Source: Eledone cirrhosa
Taxonomy: Eukaryota
NCBI GenBank assembly: GCA_964016885.1
Contig: OZ024743.1
Span: 217,372,001-217,436,000 of the forward strand
Direction: 5' to 3'
Length of the DNA stretch: 64,000 nt
The notes under the pieces are model-generated. The model made no database searches and was not told the origin of the DNA. It saw only the letters and a program-made list of their open reading frames with translations. The position numbers and the translations under genes are program-made. Positions within the stretch are counted from its first letter, which is position 1; the number at the start of each line of letters is the position of its first letter. This document shows, piece after piece, positions 27,759-39,899 of this stretch.

Positions 27759-29771
27759 ATTTCACTTCATAACTGCTAAAATATATGATACAAACATGTC
27801 ATACTGGATGTACTGAAGTTTGGACCAAAAACGGTATAGGGAAATGATATTCAAGGTTTAGTAAGCAAAGAATGCAGCCATCCACATAGAACTGAGAAGC
27901 TTTCATCCTGAGAGGATCGTGGTACAATACACCAACCATCCTTGTTTTTCTCCTAGCTCTGACGACTTCCATCACCGTCGTCTTCGGTTTTGAACAAACC
28001 TAGCCTTATCACGCAGTCTTCTACATCCCCTGGGGAATACTCTAATGATTGCTTAAGTGGTTTTCAACTACCATAGGGTATTGAGATTTTGTCTTTTATC
28101 TCTAACTCAATCGCCGTAGAATTACAGGCTCATAATAAACGGTGCACTTGCTGTATTCGGCAGTTAAATATCAAACAGAGCTGTATGCAGGCACATTTGT
28201 AACTATAAGAAGAAAATTCCCCAATGGACGGAGTACCACCCTGGAATCACTTAGGGAATCTACCAATCATAAATGACTCCTACTCGCCATGAGCATCCTA
28301 GGCGGGCACCATCTCCTCTCCCTCTCTAAACAAGGCAGCTTACAGGTGGATGATGAGAGTAAGTTCATTCATACAGGTCATCCTCGCTACATTCACCCAC
28401 CATTTAACAAATATACTAGGGGCAGCATTTCCTTCTCCACCTTCACATTTCTTGGCCAGGATCTTGGCGGAGGGAAAGTCGATTAAATTGACCCTGGTAC
28501 ACTACTGGTGCTTTATGTTATCAACCCTGGAAAGATGAAAACCAAAAGTTGGGATTTGTACTCATAATGTAAAAAAGCGAAACAAATACCTCAAACCATT
28601 GTTCTACGATCTCACGATTCTAAAAGAACATTCCATTGCAATGCAATTTACTAAAATTTCATAGAAAATCAAAGACATTATCATTTATAGAAGAGCGGGT
28701 TGCTACCCCTACAGTCAAGCAGCTTCGTATGATCTGTTAGAAAAGTCGTATATTTGTGATTGTTTTTTTTTATTTTCTTTGTAGATACTTATGTGTACGA
28801 TTCTTCTCATGTGTACTAGCTTCCTGTATGCACTAATATCCTATCCTTGTGTTTTATACTTTGCGTTTAGTGAGACATCAAATGGAGCTGATATATGAGT
28901 TTAGTTTGGTTAACCTTGGCTACGATGTACTAACAGCCGCCTATTTTTATTCGCCTCGCATATTTATGCACTTTAATAATTGTTTGCATGACGGCAAACT
29001 ATTCTATTGTATGTTACATATTGTTATATTATATGAGAAATATATCGCAGATCAATCTTTGTGAAATACAAACGAGCACAGTCCTTTTTATTATATTCTC
29101 CTGAAAGCACACAGCCTGTGATTTTCAAATTATTTTCAAGATGATCGTTAATATGATGGGTGTTCAACATGTAAATAATTCTTCATTATTTACCTAACCT
29201 TTGACGCATAACGTAACAATAGTCCTTACAAAACATTATGAAGGAAAGTCTTTAGATATTTATAATCACTTTAAGATAAATACATTTGTCTCGTACAACA
29301 ACTAGAGGAAATTTCGGCCAGTTTGCTTTCAGAAATGTTCAAAGCAGATAACTAAATGTCGGAAAAAATGTAAATGTCTGAACCGTGTTAGTGTTAATAG
29401 AATTGTAACTACTTGGAAGTTTAAAATCATCTTTTCTATGATTTATTATTTTATATTACATTACATCTTTCATAGCATTTGTAGTCTTCCTCTGCTTGAA
29501 ATAATGTTTGTTTTTTCCTTCGAGTTTCTTGCATCATACGACCATTCTTCATACTTTTCCTTCCTTTCCTCATTTCTTCGCCTTTCCTATAAAACCGCAG
29601 TTTGCCTCCAGTTCATAAGCTGATCCAAAGACAGTCGCGCGATCGATATATATTACAGTCAAATTCCGCTTATGAATATTCAGATAACATAGAAATGCCG
29701 ATATGCGTCTCAGGCAGACACGACTTTGAATGAATGTCAGACAATCACACACAGGCACACACACACACACA

Positions 29772-29880
<109 letters not shown>

Positions 29881-30050
29881 TTACATATATATATACTGTT
29901 GGAAATTCTCTGGATTTCCAAACTTTGGTGAAGCGAAACCGTCGGTAATAGCATTTTGAACAGGTGAATATTTAAATCGAATTTTAATTCATTTAAAAGA
30001 TTGTTTAATGTTTGCTTGTTCCGCTCATCTCAAATATATATATATATATA

Positions 30051-30450
30051 TATATTGGTAAACGGAATAGAAAATGCTGACAAATTGTTCACAGTTGAAA
30101 AATGGTTTAATTAGGAATAAAAGAGTATTAGTGATTGTATGGGTTAGTATTCAGTTGTGGTTTTAAGTTTTTAAGTTTTTACCGGTTGCGCATTTCTAAA
30201 TGCTTTTCAAAAATAATTTTGAGATAGAGTGTCCGTGCTGTTTGCTCTGATCAGAGCAAACAGCACGGACACACTATCTCAAAATTATTTTTGAAAAGCA
30301 TTTAGAAATGCGCAACCGGTAAAAACTTAAAAACTTAAAACCACAACTGAATACTAACCCATACAATCACTAATACTCTTTTATTCCTAATTAAACCATT
30401 TTTCAACTGTGAACAATTTGTCAGCATTTTCTATTCCATTTACCAATATA
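30051..30450. repeat. 400-bp spacerless palindrome (fold-back of a PLE-like tail family)
   Basis: Centre GCTCTGA|TCAGAGC at 30250/30251; 200-bp arms with 2 mismatches seen. A single-arm relative lies at 37582-37770. Confidence 0.9.
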
Positions 30451-30481
30451 TAATAACTTGTGTGTTACACCTCTACTCTTT

Positions 30482-30532
<51 letters not shown>

Positions 30533-30538
<6 letters not shown>

Positions 30539-32397
30539 ATGCTTTGGGAGGGTCATGTTTCCAATAAGAAACACGCACCAGTTGTTTTCACTCCAATTTA
30601 TTATAAATTAAATTTATAAATTTAAGAATTTATAAATTTCCGGTTGGTTGGTTGGTTCCATAACCGGACGGTTGCTCATATATTGTCAAAATTCTTTCGT
30701 CACACATTCTGTGACCTCTTCAGTGACTGGGATTGTAAGTTGTGATGTTACTATTCCATTTATGTTTTCTATTTAATTTTGGTTAGAGTTCATTTCTGTT
30801 TATTGCCTCTGTGATTTGTCTAAACATTGCGTCTTTTCTGTGTGTAGATTCCATTTTTATTGCTATGTCCTCTAATTTTCCCTTATGTTCTATTTTAGCA
30901 TGTTGGTGGAGTACATATGATTCCTTTCTATCTTGAAGTTCTCGTCCGTGTTCATTTAACCGTTCTCCTATAACACGACCTTTCTCACCTATGTACACCC
31001 TATTCTTATCTTTACATTGTCCTTCAGTATATCTTATGCTATATACTATATTTCTAGTTTTACAGTTAATATGGGGTCTTAGTTTACAGATTATACATTT
31101 CTTATCTATACAGGGAGATCTTTGAAAAGGGTATGTATTGCTAATTAGTATTTTTATGGAGGTACCTGATCTTTCTACTATCTTAATATCTAGGGCCCTT
31201 CTAAATTTGTAAGCAAATTCACCTCTAGGGTTTGTATTGTTGAACATTACACTCTGGTATTTATTGCTATCATTACATGAGTTTATTCTATTAACCTTAT
31301 TACTATTTCTTACTATTCTATTCCAAACTTTGTTCCTATACAAGGGGCTGGTCCCATTTGTATCATTATTTACCATTTTTTCGCATTTGGTTCTGGCTTC
31401 TCTATATACTCAGATTTTATCTCTCTGATTGTAACCAGAGAACTGCATACGCTGGATGAAGTGTTGTATGTGTCTCTCTAGTTCTTTGGGGTTGCACATA
31501 TGGACACGTTTCTCATCACCCGTACCAAATCCGCAATCAGTATGTTGATTTTGGTGTGATCTGAAACAGCTGAGTTTCGGTGGATCAGATATTTGGAAGT
31601 CATGTGTTTGGCATAATGGGAATGGAGGATTTGTTTTCTGTTATTAATGGTGTCTAACCAGAGCTCTGTGTCTAGTACAGGTAATCGATGGTGGGGTGTT
31701 TGCTTGGGTAGTCTATAGTAACTCTAATACTCTGGTGGATGGAGTTAGCTATTTGCTGGATGCTTTCCATGGTGTTTTTCTCTAATCGCTGACTGTTCTC
31801 TAGTGGGGGTGTTTTTACTACGATGTTTATATCATCAACGTAGCGGGAGTACATTATCAGGGTTCAGAGGTGCTGTCTTCTAATTGCTCTTTAAGTTTAA
31901 GTTTAATTTTAAGTCTATTGTCCCTCTATACCATGAATAGGTTAGCTATGTCACCTGCAATGCTAACACCAATGGCTGCTCCCTCCTACTGGCCATATGC
32001 TTTTCCATTAAATTTGAACATATGTTCCTTAAGGGTTAATGTTATACTGGCCCCCACCGCATGAGCAATCATTTTCATACGGGGTCCGTATGACTCTGGT
32101 TCACCCGTTCCATCTTTCTGTTTGGGTTTTCTTGGCCATTGAGGTAATGGTAGGTGGTCTGCCTCTTGCTGGTCTTGTAGGGCACAGGTTGCTAAGGTCA
32201 TATGTATCTAGATAATCATTACTATTGGTAAGTTTAAGTAGGAGTCCCAGCTCAATGGTATCAATCCCATGGAATTCAACATTGCTATCACTGATCATTT
32301 CTACGCATTTCTCCACAGTAAAATCCGCGTCAATGGATTGATATAGGGAAACAACATCCATACTACCTATTATACAGTTTGTTAGGTCCCTTAGCTC
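30533..32397 (-). mobile_element. Penelope-like retroelement (RT + C-terminal GIY-YIG endonuclease), 5'-truncated, frameshifted
   Basis: Minus-strand fragments carry RT motifs GSMDVVSLYQSID, FKFNGKAYGQ*EGAAIG and YSRYVDDI, then linker CIDKKCIIC...CKTRNIVYSI and GIY-YIG VYIGE..R.IGERLNEH. The 3' tail has an HHR-like motif and abuts (TA)n. Confidence 0.9.
30685..30727 (-). ncRNA. Hammerhead ribozyme candidate in PLE tail (mirror copy 33463-33505 on +)
   Basis: Minus strand: GTCA-CTGAAGA-G GTCACA GAATG TGTGAC-GAAA-GAATTT-TGAC. Stems I and II are clear; stem III and the triplet are atypical. Confidence 0.6.
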
Positions 32398-33658
32398 TGG
32401 TTAAAAACCATTAACAACAAAAAACACATCCTCCATTCCCATTATGCCAAACCCATGACTTCCAACTATCTGATCCACCGAAACTCAGCTGTTTCGGATC
32501 ACACCAAAATCAACATACTGATTGCGGATTTGGTACGGGAGATGAGGAACGTGTCCCGCATATGCAACCCCAAAGAACTAGAGAGACACATACAACAGAA
32601 CCAAATGGGAAAAAATGGTAAATAATGATACAAATGAGATCTGCCCCTTGTATAGGAGCAAATTTTGGAAAATAATAGAAAGAACTAGGAATAAGGTTAA
32701 TAGAATAAACTCATGTAATGATGGCAATAGATACCAGAGTGTAATGTTCAACAATACAACCCCATGAGGGGAATTAACTTGCAAATTTAGAAGGGCCCTA
32801 TATAAACATAAACTTAATATTAAGATAGTAGAAAGACCAGATACCTCCATAAAAACACTTATTAGCAATACATACCCTTTTCAATGACCTCCCTGTATAG
32901 ATAAGAAATGTATAATCTGTAAACTAAGCCCCAATATGAACTGTAAAACTAGAAAAATAGTATATAGCACAAGATGTACTGAAGGACAATGTAAAGATAA
33001 GAATATAGTGTACATAGGTGAGACAGCTCGTAGTATAGGAGAATGGTTCAATGAACACTGGCGAGAACTTCAAGATAGAAAATAATCATATGTACTCCAC
33101 CAACATGCTAACATAGACATAAGGGCAAATTAGAGAACATAGAAATGAAAATAGAGAAGAGGCAATGTTTAGACAAATCACAGAGGCAATAAACATAAAT
33201 AAACTCCAACCAAAATTAAATAAAAAACATGAATGGAATAGTAACATCACAACTTACAATTAAGGACAAAATGAAAACACACACACATATAGAACAAACA
33301 ACCAACCAGTAATATGTAAATAAACAAATAAATAAACAAATATAAACACAGGCAGACACCCAGATGTAACACATGCGCAAACTGAGCACACAACACACAC
33401 AAAAACAAGATGGCGTTGGACAGAACAAAGGAGAGGCACAAAAACAGGGAAAAGAATCCCCAGTTACTGAAGAGATCACAGAATGTGTGACGAAAAAACT
33501 TTGACAATACTTGAGCAACCGTCCGGTTATGGAACCAACCAACCGGAAATGTATAAATTCTTAAATTTATAAATTTAATTTATAATAAATTGGAGTGAGT
33601 GAAAGCAATGGTGCGTGTGTTTCTTATTGGCAACATGACCCTCCCAAAGCATAACAAT
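32394..33658 (+). mobile_element. Inverted second copy of the same Penelope-like element (thumb + GIY-YIG + tail)
   Basis: Reverse complement of ~30533-31665 with substitutions, an internal deletion near 32595 and an extra ~195 bp (33260-33457). It ends in ...CCTCCCAAAGCATAACAAT, mirroring 30533. Confidence 0.9.
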
Positions 33659-34129
33659 GTTGGTTTCAACAAACGTTTTCAGATAAAGAATCTTGCTAAA
33701 CAAATTCAAAAACGAAATATATATATATATATATATGCAAAAGTTTTATTTAAGATTGTTGGGTTACAACGAGTAAGTATTTTATAACTGATATAAAAGC
33801 ACTCAACAGTTTCTGGAGTAGGTTTACGATATTAAACAAATGGAAACTATATTTATAAAACCATATTTATTTCGTTATATATATTTCTGGGATATCATAT
33901 TAAAAATATGGTATGCCTTCCTCAGACAAAATACAATACATAAGCTGTTTTATAAATAATTATTGACATACCTTATAATAATGCAACTTCCATTTAAAAA
34001 GTTGATTTGGTAGTGAAACTGTTATGACAGTTATATAGAAAGAAAAACGAAGATGAGAAGAAGAAGATGAAGAGATGTATGTAAATAAAAAAAATAAAAA
34101 AAGAAGAAGATGAAGAGATGTATGTAAAC

Positions 34130-34829
34130 CAGAAAAGAAATAGAACTAGAAATATAATATGGTTTGCCCCCCCCTTTCTCACTAAACATTAAAACCCACA
34201 TCGCTAAACTATTTTTTAATGCTCTTGACAAACGCTTCCCTAGAACACATAAGTATCACTCAATTTTCAATAGACATACTATAAAATTAACGTACTCGTC
34301 CACCAAAAATTTAGCACAAAATATTAATAGAATAAATAATAGGAATCTAAAACCTAGCCAAAATACCGAAAATAGCCAAAACAATATTCAAGTAAAAAAC
34401 TGTAACTGTAGAGATAGATCTAAATGTCCGCTAAATAACAATTGCTTAGTTAAAAATATAATATACAACTGTAATGTTAGAATTGATTTAAATTCTTTTA
34501 ATTATGTTGGTTCCACCTCGACAGAATTTAAACTTCGCTATAATAATCACAAAAATTCTTTCACGGATCCAAATAAAAAATCTTCAACATCGCTGTCAGG
34601 GTTACTCTGGCAACTTAAGCATGATAAAGTTGGATATTCGATGGTTTGGAATATAGTCTCAAAAGGGATTCCTTTTAATTCCTCTTCTGAGACATGTGAC
34701 CTCTGCGCGGAGGAGATATTCTTTATACTAAAATCTAAAAATTCCCTTAATTTACGAACCAATTTATTCAGCTGCTGCAGACATAGATTGAACTCAACTT
34801 TTAAGTATAAATATAAATTTAAAATGTAG
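34130..34829 (+). pseudogene. PLE C-terminal region: GIY-YIG endonuclease with CxC...C...C linker (no RT present)
   Basis: RNIIWF.PPFS (frameshift in the C-run), IKLTYSS, CNCRDRSKCPLNNNC, NIIY...YVGST..FKLRYNNHKNSF, W.I, CDLCAEE and LN.R...CCRH. This motif order is typical of Naiad-like PLE endonucleases. Confidence 0.85.
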
Positions 34830-36081
34830 TATAAAATGTAGTATATTTACTTAAGATATTTAACTATTTATGAAACTTGGCGATAAATCTTTCGATTCCT
34901 TCAATTTTTTTTAAAACCTTTCTGCATGAATATATAATTAATGAGATTAAATAAACTACCCTAAAATTGGCGTTGTTCCCAATCTTTTGAATAAATTTTT
35001 AAGCTGGATAAACTTCTATAATAAATATAAGAGCATTTGTAGAATAAGTTTTGAATGATTTCTGCTAAATAAGGCTTGGTGAACAATTTTGGTTTTGTTT
35101 GCTTTTGATTCTGATTTTATGTGACCGATATGCGTGGCATACTATGTTCTCTTGCGTCCCTAGATACTCTGTGGAGTGACGAAGATATTCTTGGCGTTTT
35201 TAATTTTTAATATTGATATCTGTTGTCCACTCTATGCTTGATCGATAATCATGCAAGTGAGGCTGGAATGTTATTTTAAATGTTAATGTATATCTTATAT
35301 ATTTTATGTCTATATATATGTATATATGTATGTAAATGTATGTAGGGTGGAATCTTTTGTAACGCAATGAAGTTTTTCATGAAATATAAGAATCTGTGTG
35401 AGCATATCACGTAGGTTCACATGTGTGTCTATATTTATCAACTTGAATTTGAGATAACCTTCTCTTTTCTCCTTTTCTTTTTTCACGAGAATGCATATAT
35501 ACTTATGTTTGAAGTTTTATCTCAGATTTTACTTATAGACCTAAGAACTTTTAAACTAAGCATGTGGTCATTTTTTCACACATTATTGATATGTGTCTCA
35601 TTCATGAATACTGATATTTACATTATAATACCTAATTCATAAAAATTGATAATTCAAATGGATGAGACATAATATATTTTTAATATATTTTAAATATATC
35701 ATCTTTCTTTCTTTTTCTCCTATACACTGGACGTGATTTATGTGTCGGCTAGTTTAACTGTATCCCTTCCCTCCTTAACCTCTCACATATACGATGATCA
35801 TCTGTCCAAAAGCTGCCTACTATATTTTTTCACTTCCTCAATGTATTTCTCTCTCCCATATCTCCTTGTCTCTCTATCTCGCTCTGTTGTTTTTCTTTAC
35901 ATACATCTCTTCATCTTCTTCTTTTTTTATTTACATACATCTCTTCATCTTCTTCTTCTCATCTTCGTTTTTCTTTCTATATAACTGTCATAACAGTTTC
36001 ACTACCAAATCAACTTTTTAAATGGAAGTTGCATTATTATAAGGTATGTCAATAATTATTTATAAAACAGCTTATGTATTG

Positions 36082-36147
36082 TATTTTGTCTGAGGAAGGC
36101 ATACCATATTATTAATATGATATCCCAGAAATATATATAACGAAATA
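36082..36147 (+). ncRNA. Type I hammerhead ribozyme candidate in PLE pseudo-LTR (mirror copy 33868-33933 on -)
   Basis: Stem I TATTTTGT/ACGAAATA, core CTGAGGA, long imperfect stem II (CATATT/AATATG), GAAA and palindromic TATATA stem III; predicted cut after AUA at 36139. Confidence 0.7.
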
Positions 36148-36187
36148 AATATGGTTTTATAAATATAGTTTCCATTTGTTTAATATC

Positions 36188-36267
<80 letters not shown>

Positions 36268-36271
<4 letters not shown>

Positions 36272-36998
36272 CGAAGGAAATGTGGTAGGGAACCAGGTGG
36301 ACCATAACGCACCCAAGTACTCAATACTTAGGGTAGTAGAGTGGGTAATAGGAACAAATAAACACCGATTACGTAGGACTTACCTCGCCCTCAAACCCCA
36401 TAATGACCCGGGGGGGGGGGGTAGACTAGGGCTATAACACCCCACTTGCCTATTTTTGTAATGGGTAAGTCTGCTTGCCAATCGAGACGTAAGATATTCT
36501 TTTACATTCTTTTATCGCTTCCTCTATATTTCCTCCTTCCCCCATCCCTCCCTAGTCATTCTACCCCAGTTCCCTTTCTTTGTCGTCGTCTTTTTCTCGC
36601 CCACCCGAGGTAGCCCATCGGTCCCTTGTAGCTTCAGCACCCCCACCCTCTCCCCTATTCTATGATAGATTTGGCTGACCCCTCTTTTTAAAGCAGAGGT
36701 GTTAGACTTCGGATACTCGCCCCCTTCTCCGACCGCTGTCCCTTTTTCCGTGCCTTCTATATTTCTTAGTGGCATCTTTGCTTTAATTTCTCGTTTATCC
36801 AGTATTTCTTTATTCCTTTTCCCTTTTTTTGGTGGGGGTGGGGGGTGATAGTCTCTTTAGTATTCTGCCCCCCCCCCCCCCCCCCCCCCTGTTGACCCGT
36901 CACCGTACGATACACGCACTTATACCTCGTATAAGGGTCCCTTTATTTCCGTCCCACCTAGTTTATTTATATTATTATTATTTATTTTTTTATTCTAC

Positions 36999-37067
<69 letters not shown>

Positions 37068-37560
37068 TTTTTAAATTTATTTATCTATTCTTTCACTTAT
37101 TTGCTTATTTATTTATTTATTTATTTAGCCTAGCTATAGCGAGAGACTTATGTCTTAGTAACCAGATTTTGCTTTTTTTTTTTCTCTCTCAGTACCTTTT
37201 ATAGTTTTACCTTTCATTGTTCTACTTACCGTTTCGATCCTCCCCCTCCCCCTCCCCAGTATCCTCTTTGACCTCACACGCAGCTGTAGCCGGCACTACC
37301 AACGCATGAATGGGTCTACTCCACCCTCTCTCCTTTTTTCTCCTACCGGCCGGTTTAGCTACCCCTTCCCCTACCAACTTGCCATCACAGATTTACTACT
37401 AACTTGTGATGTGACCAATCCTGGTGATTATCTCTTTGACCATATATGGAATTACCCCTTGATAAGTTCGGCTATTTAAATACCAGAATACATTTTCATT
37501 CAGTACAGAATTAGCAGTCGAAACGGCTTGAGCTCAGCCGTCGGGGTCTTATTTGTTCCT
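36268..37560 (+). mobile_element. Non-coding HHR-tail element with inverted tail at its 5' end (family also at 44437-44570 and 51732-51930)
   Basis: 36268-36368 is the reverse complement of the family tail (TTCCTATTACCCACTCTAC.ACCCTAAGTATTGAGTAC...). The plus-strand HHR half and tail start lie at 37454-37560, with TA tracts at both ends. Confidence 0.65.
37454..37547 (+). ncRNA. Hammerhead-like motif with full stem III (degenerate core TTGATAA)
   Basis: Stem I ACCCC/GGGGT and GAAA-CGGCT TGAGCTC AGCCG-TC (GUC triplet). The same 3' half recurs at ~44445 and ~51800. Confidence 0.6.
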
Positions 37561-37581
37561 ATATATATATATATATATATA

Positions 37582-37770
37582 TATTGGTAAACGGAATAGA
37601 AAATGCTGACAAATTGTTCACAGTGAAAAATAGTTTAATTAGGAATAAGTGAGAATTGGTAATTGTATTGGTTAGTATTCAGTTTTGGTTTTAAGTTTTA
37701 CCGGTTGCACATTTCTAATGCTTTTCAAAATTAAATTTTGAGATAGACTGTCTGTGATGTTTGCTCTGAT
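37582..37770 (-). mobile_element. Single copy of the family forming the 30.25 kb palindrome
   Basis: TATTGGTAAACGGAATAGAAAATGCTGAC...TTTGCTCTGATC matches 30053-30252 and starts at (TA)n. Confidence 0.85.
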
Positions 37771-38087
37771 CTGATTAGTTTGGGGAATTATACCTGTTTT
37801 TATGTTAAAAAAGTGGCTCCAGCGGTATTAAAATAAATGTTGCGCCAATTCGTGTTGCAAAATTTCTTGTGGTCAAAACAATTTTGATTGGTCGGTAGAG
37901 GTCATGTGAATGTAAAAAATTGAGTTTGCGCCATATGTAGGTTTGTGTCGGCTGACTGAGAAATGACTCTTTCACAACAAATATGTGTGTGTGTGTAGTA
38001 GTAGTAAAGTGTTTGTTGTTGTGATAATGGTCAGCAGGGTTGTGTGTGCGACCTGCAGCCTGTTGACAGTTCAAATGCCTATTAAGA

Positions 38088-38140
<53 letters not shown>

Positions 38141-38476
38141 CAGAGTAATTCGTGGTAGAGGGATGGTCAGTAGGAATGTGTCTGTAAGTGAGTGAGGGAT
38201 ATTTTAACATGTTAAAAGATATTTTTCAGCTCTTGTCTTATACGGAGAAGTGTGTGTGTGTATATTTCTCTTTGTATGTTAATGTATGTGTGTGAGAATG
38301 TGTGTGTGTGGGGGGGGGGGGACCAGTATTTTTTTCCCTGGTAAAATGGTGTACATTATTCGATATTTTCAGTAAAAACGATTCTCTCAATAGAACATCA
38401 AAAACCTTAATAATAAAAGGCGTGAAATGATATATAGTATTGGCATAATACCAAGGTGTGGGTGAGTGTGTGTGTG

Positions 38477-38750
38477 TGTGTCCAGATTGTACGTACTAAA
38501 AGGGTATCCATTAGGCCTTGCCGTATTGGAATACCTGTGCACAAATATGTATCTGGAGTGTGTCCAGAAATTGTATACCTGTGCACAAACTGTACACCTG
38601 TGCACAAATTGCACACATGTATCTGGAGTATGTCCAGTAATTGTATACCTGTGTACAAATATGTATCTGGAGTGTGTCCAGATTGCACGTACTGCAAGGG
38701 GAATTCATTAGGCTTTGCCGTATTGGAATACCTGTGCACAAAAATGTATG
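38477..38750. repeat. Complex minisatellite (TACCTGTGCACAAA / GTATCTGGAGTGTGTCCAG modules)
   Basis: Shuffled 14-40 bp modules with a ~197-bp higher-order repeat. Confidence 0.8.
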
Positions 38751-39060
38751 TGCCCATCAGTGTGCAATGCATGTGTGCGTTTATGTGTGTGTGTGTCGGT
38801 ACGTTTATATCTATAGACATCAAAAGGTATGCAAATTTGTGTATATTTGTGTTGCACCATAGAACATGTGTGTTTACGTATGTCATTGTGTTTATATGTG
38901 AGTAGAGATATGTGCTGATGTAGGTATGTATGTTGACGTGTGTATGTTGACGTGTGTATGTTGACGTGTGTATGTTGTGGGTTCGTCTTAGGGAGAAGTG
39001 TTTAGACTTGGTCCGTATCTGTTAATAAAGTAATATATATATATATATATTAATACAAAG

Positions 39061-39142
<82 letters not shown>

Positions 39143-39244
39143 TTGTTTCTACTTTAGGCTCAAGGCCAGCTATTACCCAGTACATTACTGGTACTTTATT
39201 TTATAGACCCCGTATATCCTGAGCTTCCGACACTAACTGAATAC

Positions 39245-39314
<70 letters not shown>

Positions 39315-39452
39315 TTAGTTATATAGTGATAGAAAAACAAATAAATGCGTAAAATATGTTTGCCATTTGTATTACCATACTTTATCGTTGACTAGATCAC
39401 ATTTCTTTAACGATAGTTTTAGCGTTTCTTCGGCTTCTGTCTCTAAATTGTA

Positions 39453-39526
<74 letters not shown>

Positions 39527-39684
39527 ATATAATTGACAACAGAGAAAAAAGACTACCCAGTGACGAAGTAGAGTTTAGATATTCATTTAGTTAAGACTAA
39601 ATAATTGTTTCTACTTTAGGCACAAGGCCAGCAATTATCCCAGGGTATAACTGGTTCTTTTTAAGTTGAGACTAAATAATGAAT

Positions 39685-39779
39685 CTTGTTATTCCGGAGT
39701 TTCATCTTCCTCACAGAGGTTCATTAGACAAGAACTTGTTTGATGACCCTGTGAGAAGCCGGAGAAATCCTAGAGCAAG
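39685..39779. ncRNA. Two back-to-back degenerate hammerhead-like motifs (39685-39732 on -, 39735-39779 on +)
   Basis: Minus: CTTGT-CTAATGA-A CCTC TGT GAGG AAGAT-GAAA-CTCCGGAA-TA-ACAAG. Plus: CTTGT-TTGATGA-...-GAAA-TCCTAGA-GCAAG. Confidence 0.5.
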
Positions 39780-39817
39780 AGCAATCGTTATTCATCCCGA
39801 ATAAATTGTATATACAG

Positions 39818-39899
<82 letters not shown>

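Larger units (their letters stand above)
33825..36190 (+). mobile_element. Penelope-like element (Naiad-type endonuclease), 5'-truncated, with inverted pseudo-LTR
   Basis: ~300 bp inverted repeats (33825-34128 vs 35896-36190) flank a GIY-YIG ORF and ~1 kb of non-coding 3' region. An HHR lies inside the repeat and the element ends at (TA)n. Confidence 0.85.

Noticed and set aside
28289-28358. ATG-initiated mini-exon MSILGGHH...DDE with GTAAGT donor
   Set aside because: The phase-1 donor does not fit the phase-0 terminal exon, and adjacent sequence resembles 50015-50042, indicating an old repeat.
34164-34829. Domesticated stand-alone nuclease or selenoprotein gene
   Set aside because: No ATG or splice acceptor, an upstream frameshift and no in-frame UGA; explained as a 5'-truncated PLE.
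38477-38750. CRISPR-like array
   Set aside because: No constant repeat with unique spacers, eukaryotic context and no cas genes.
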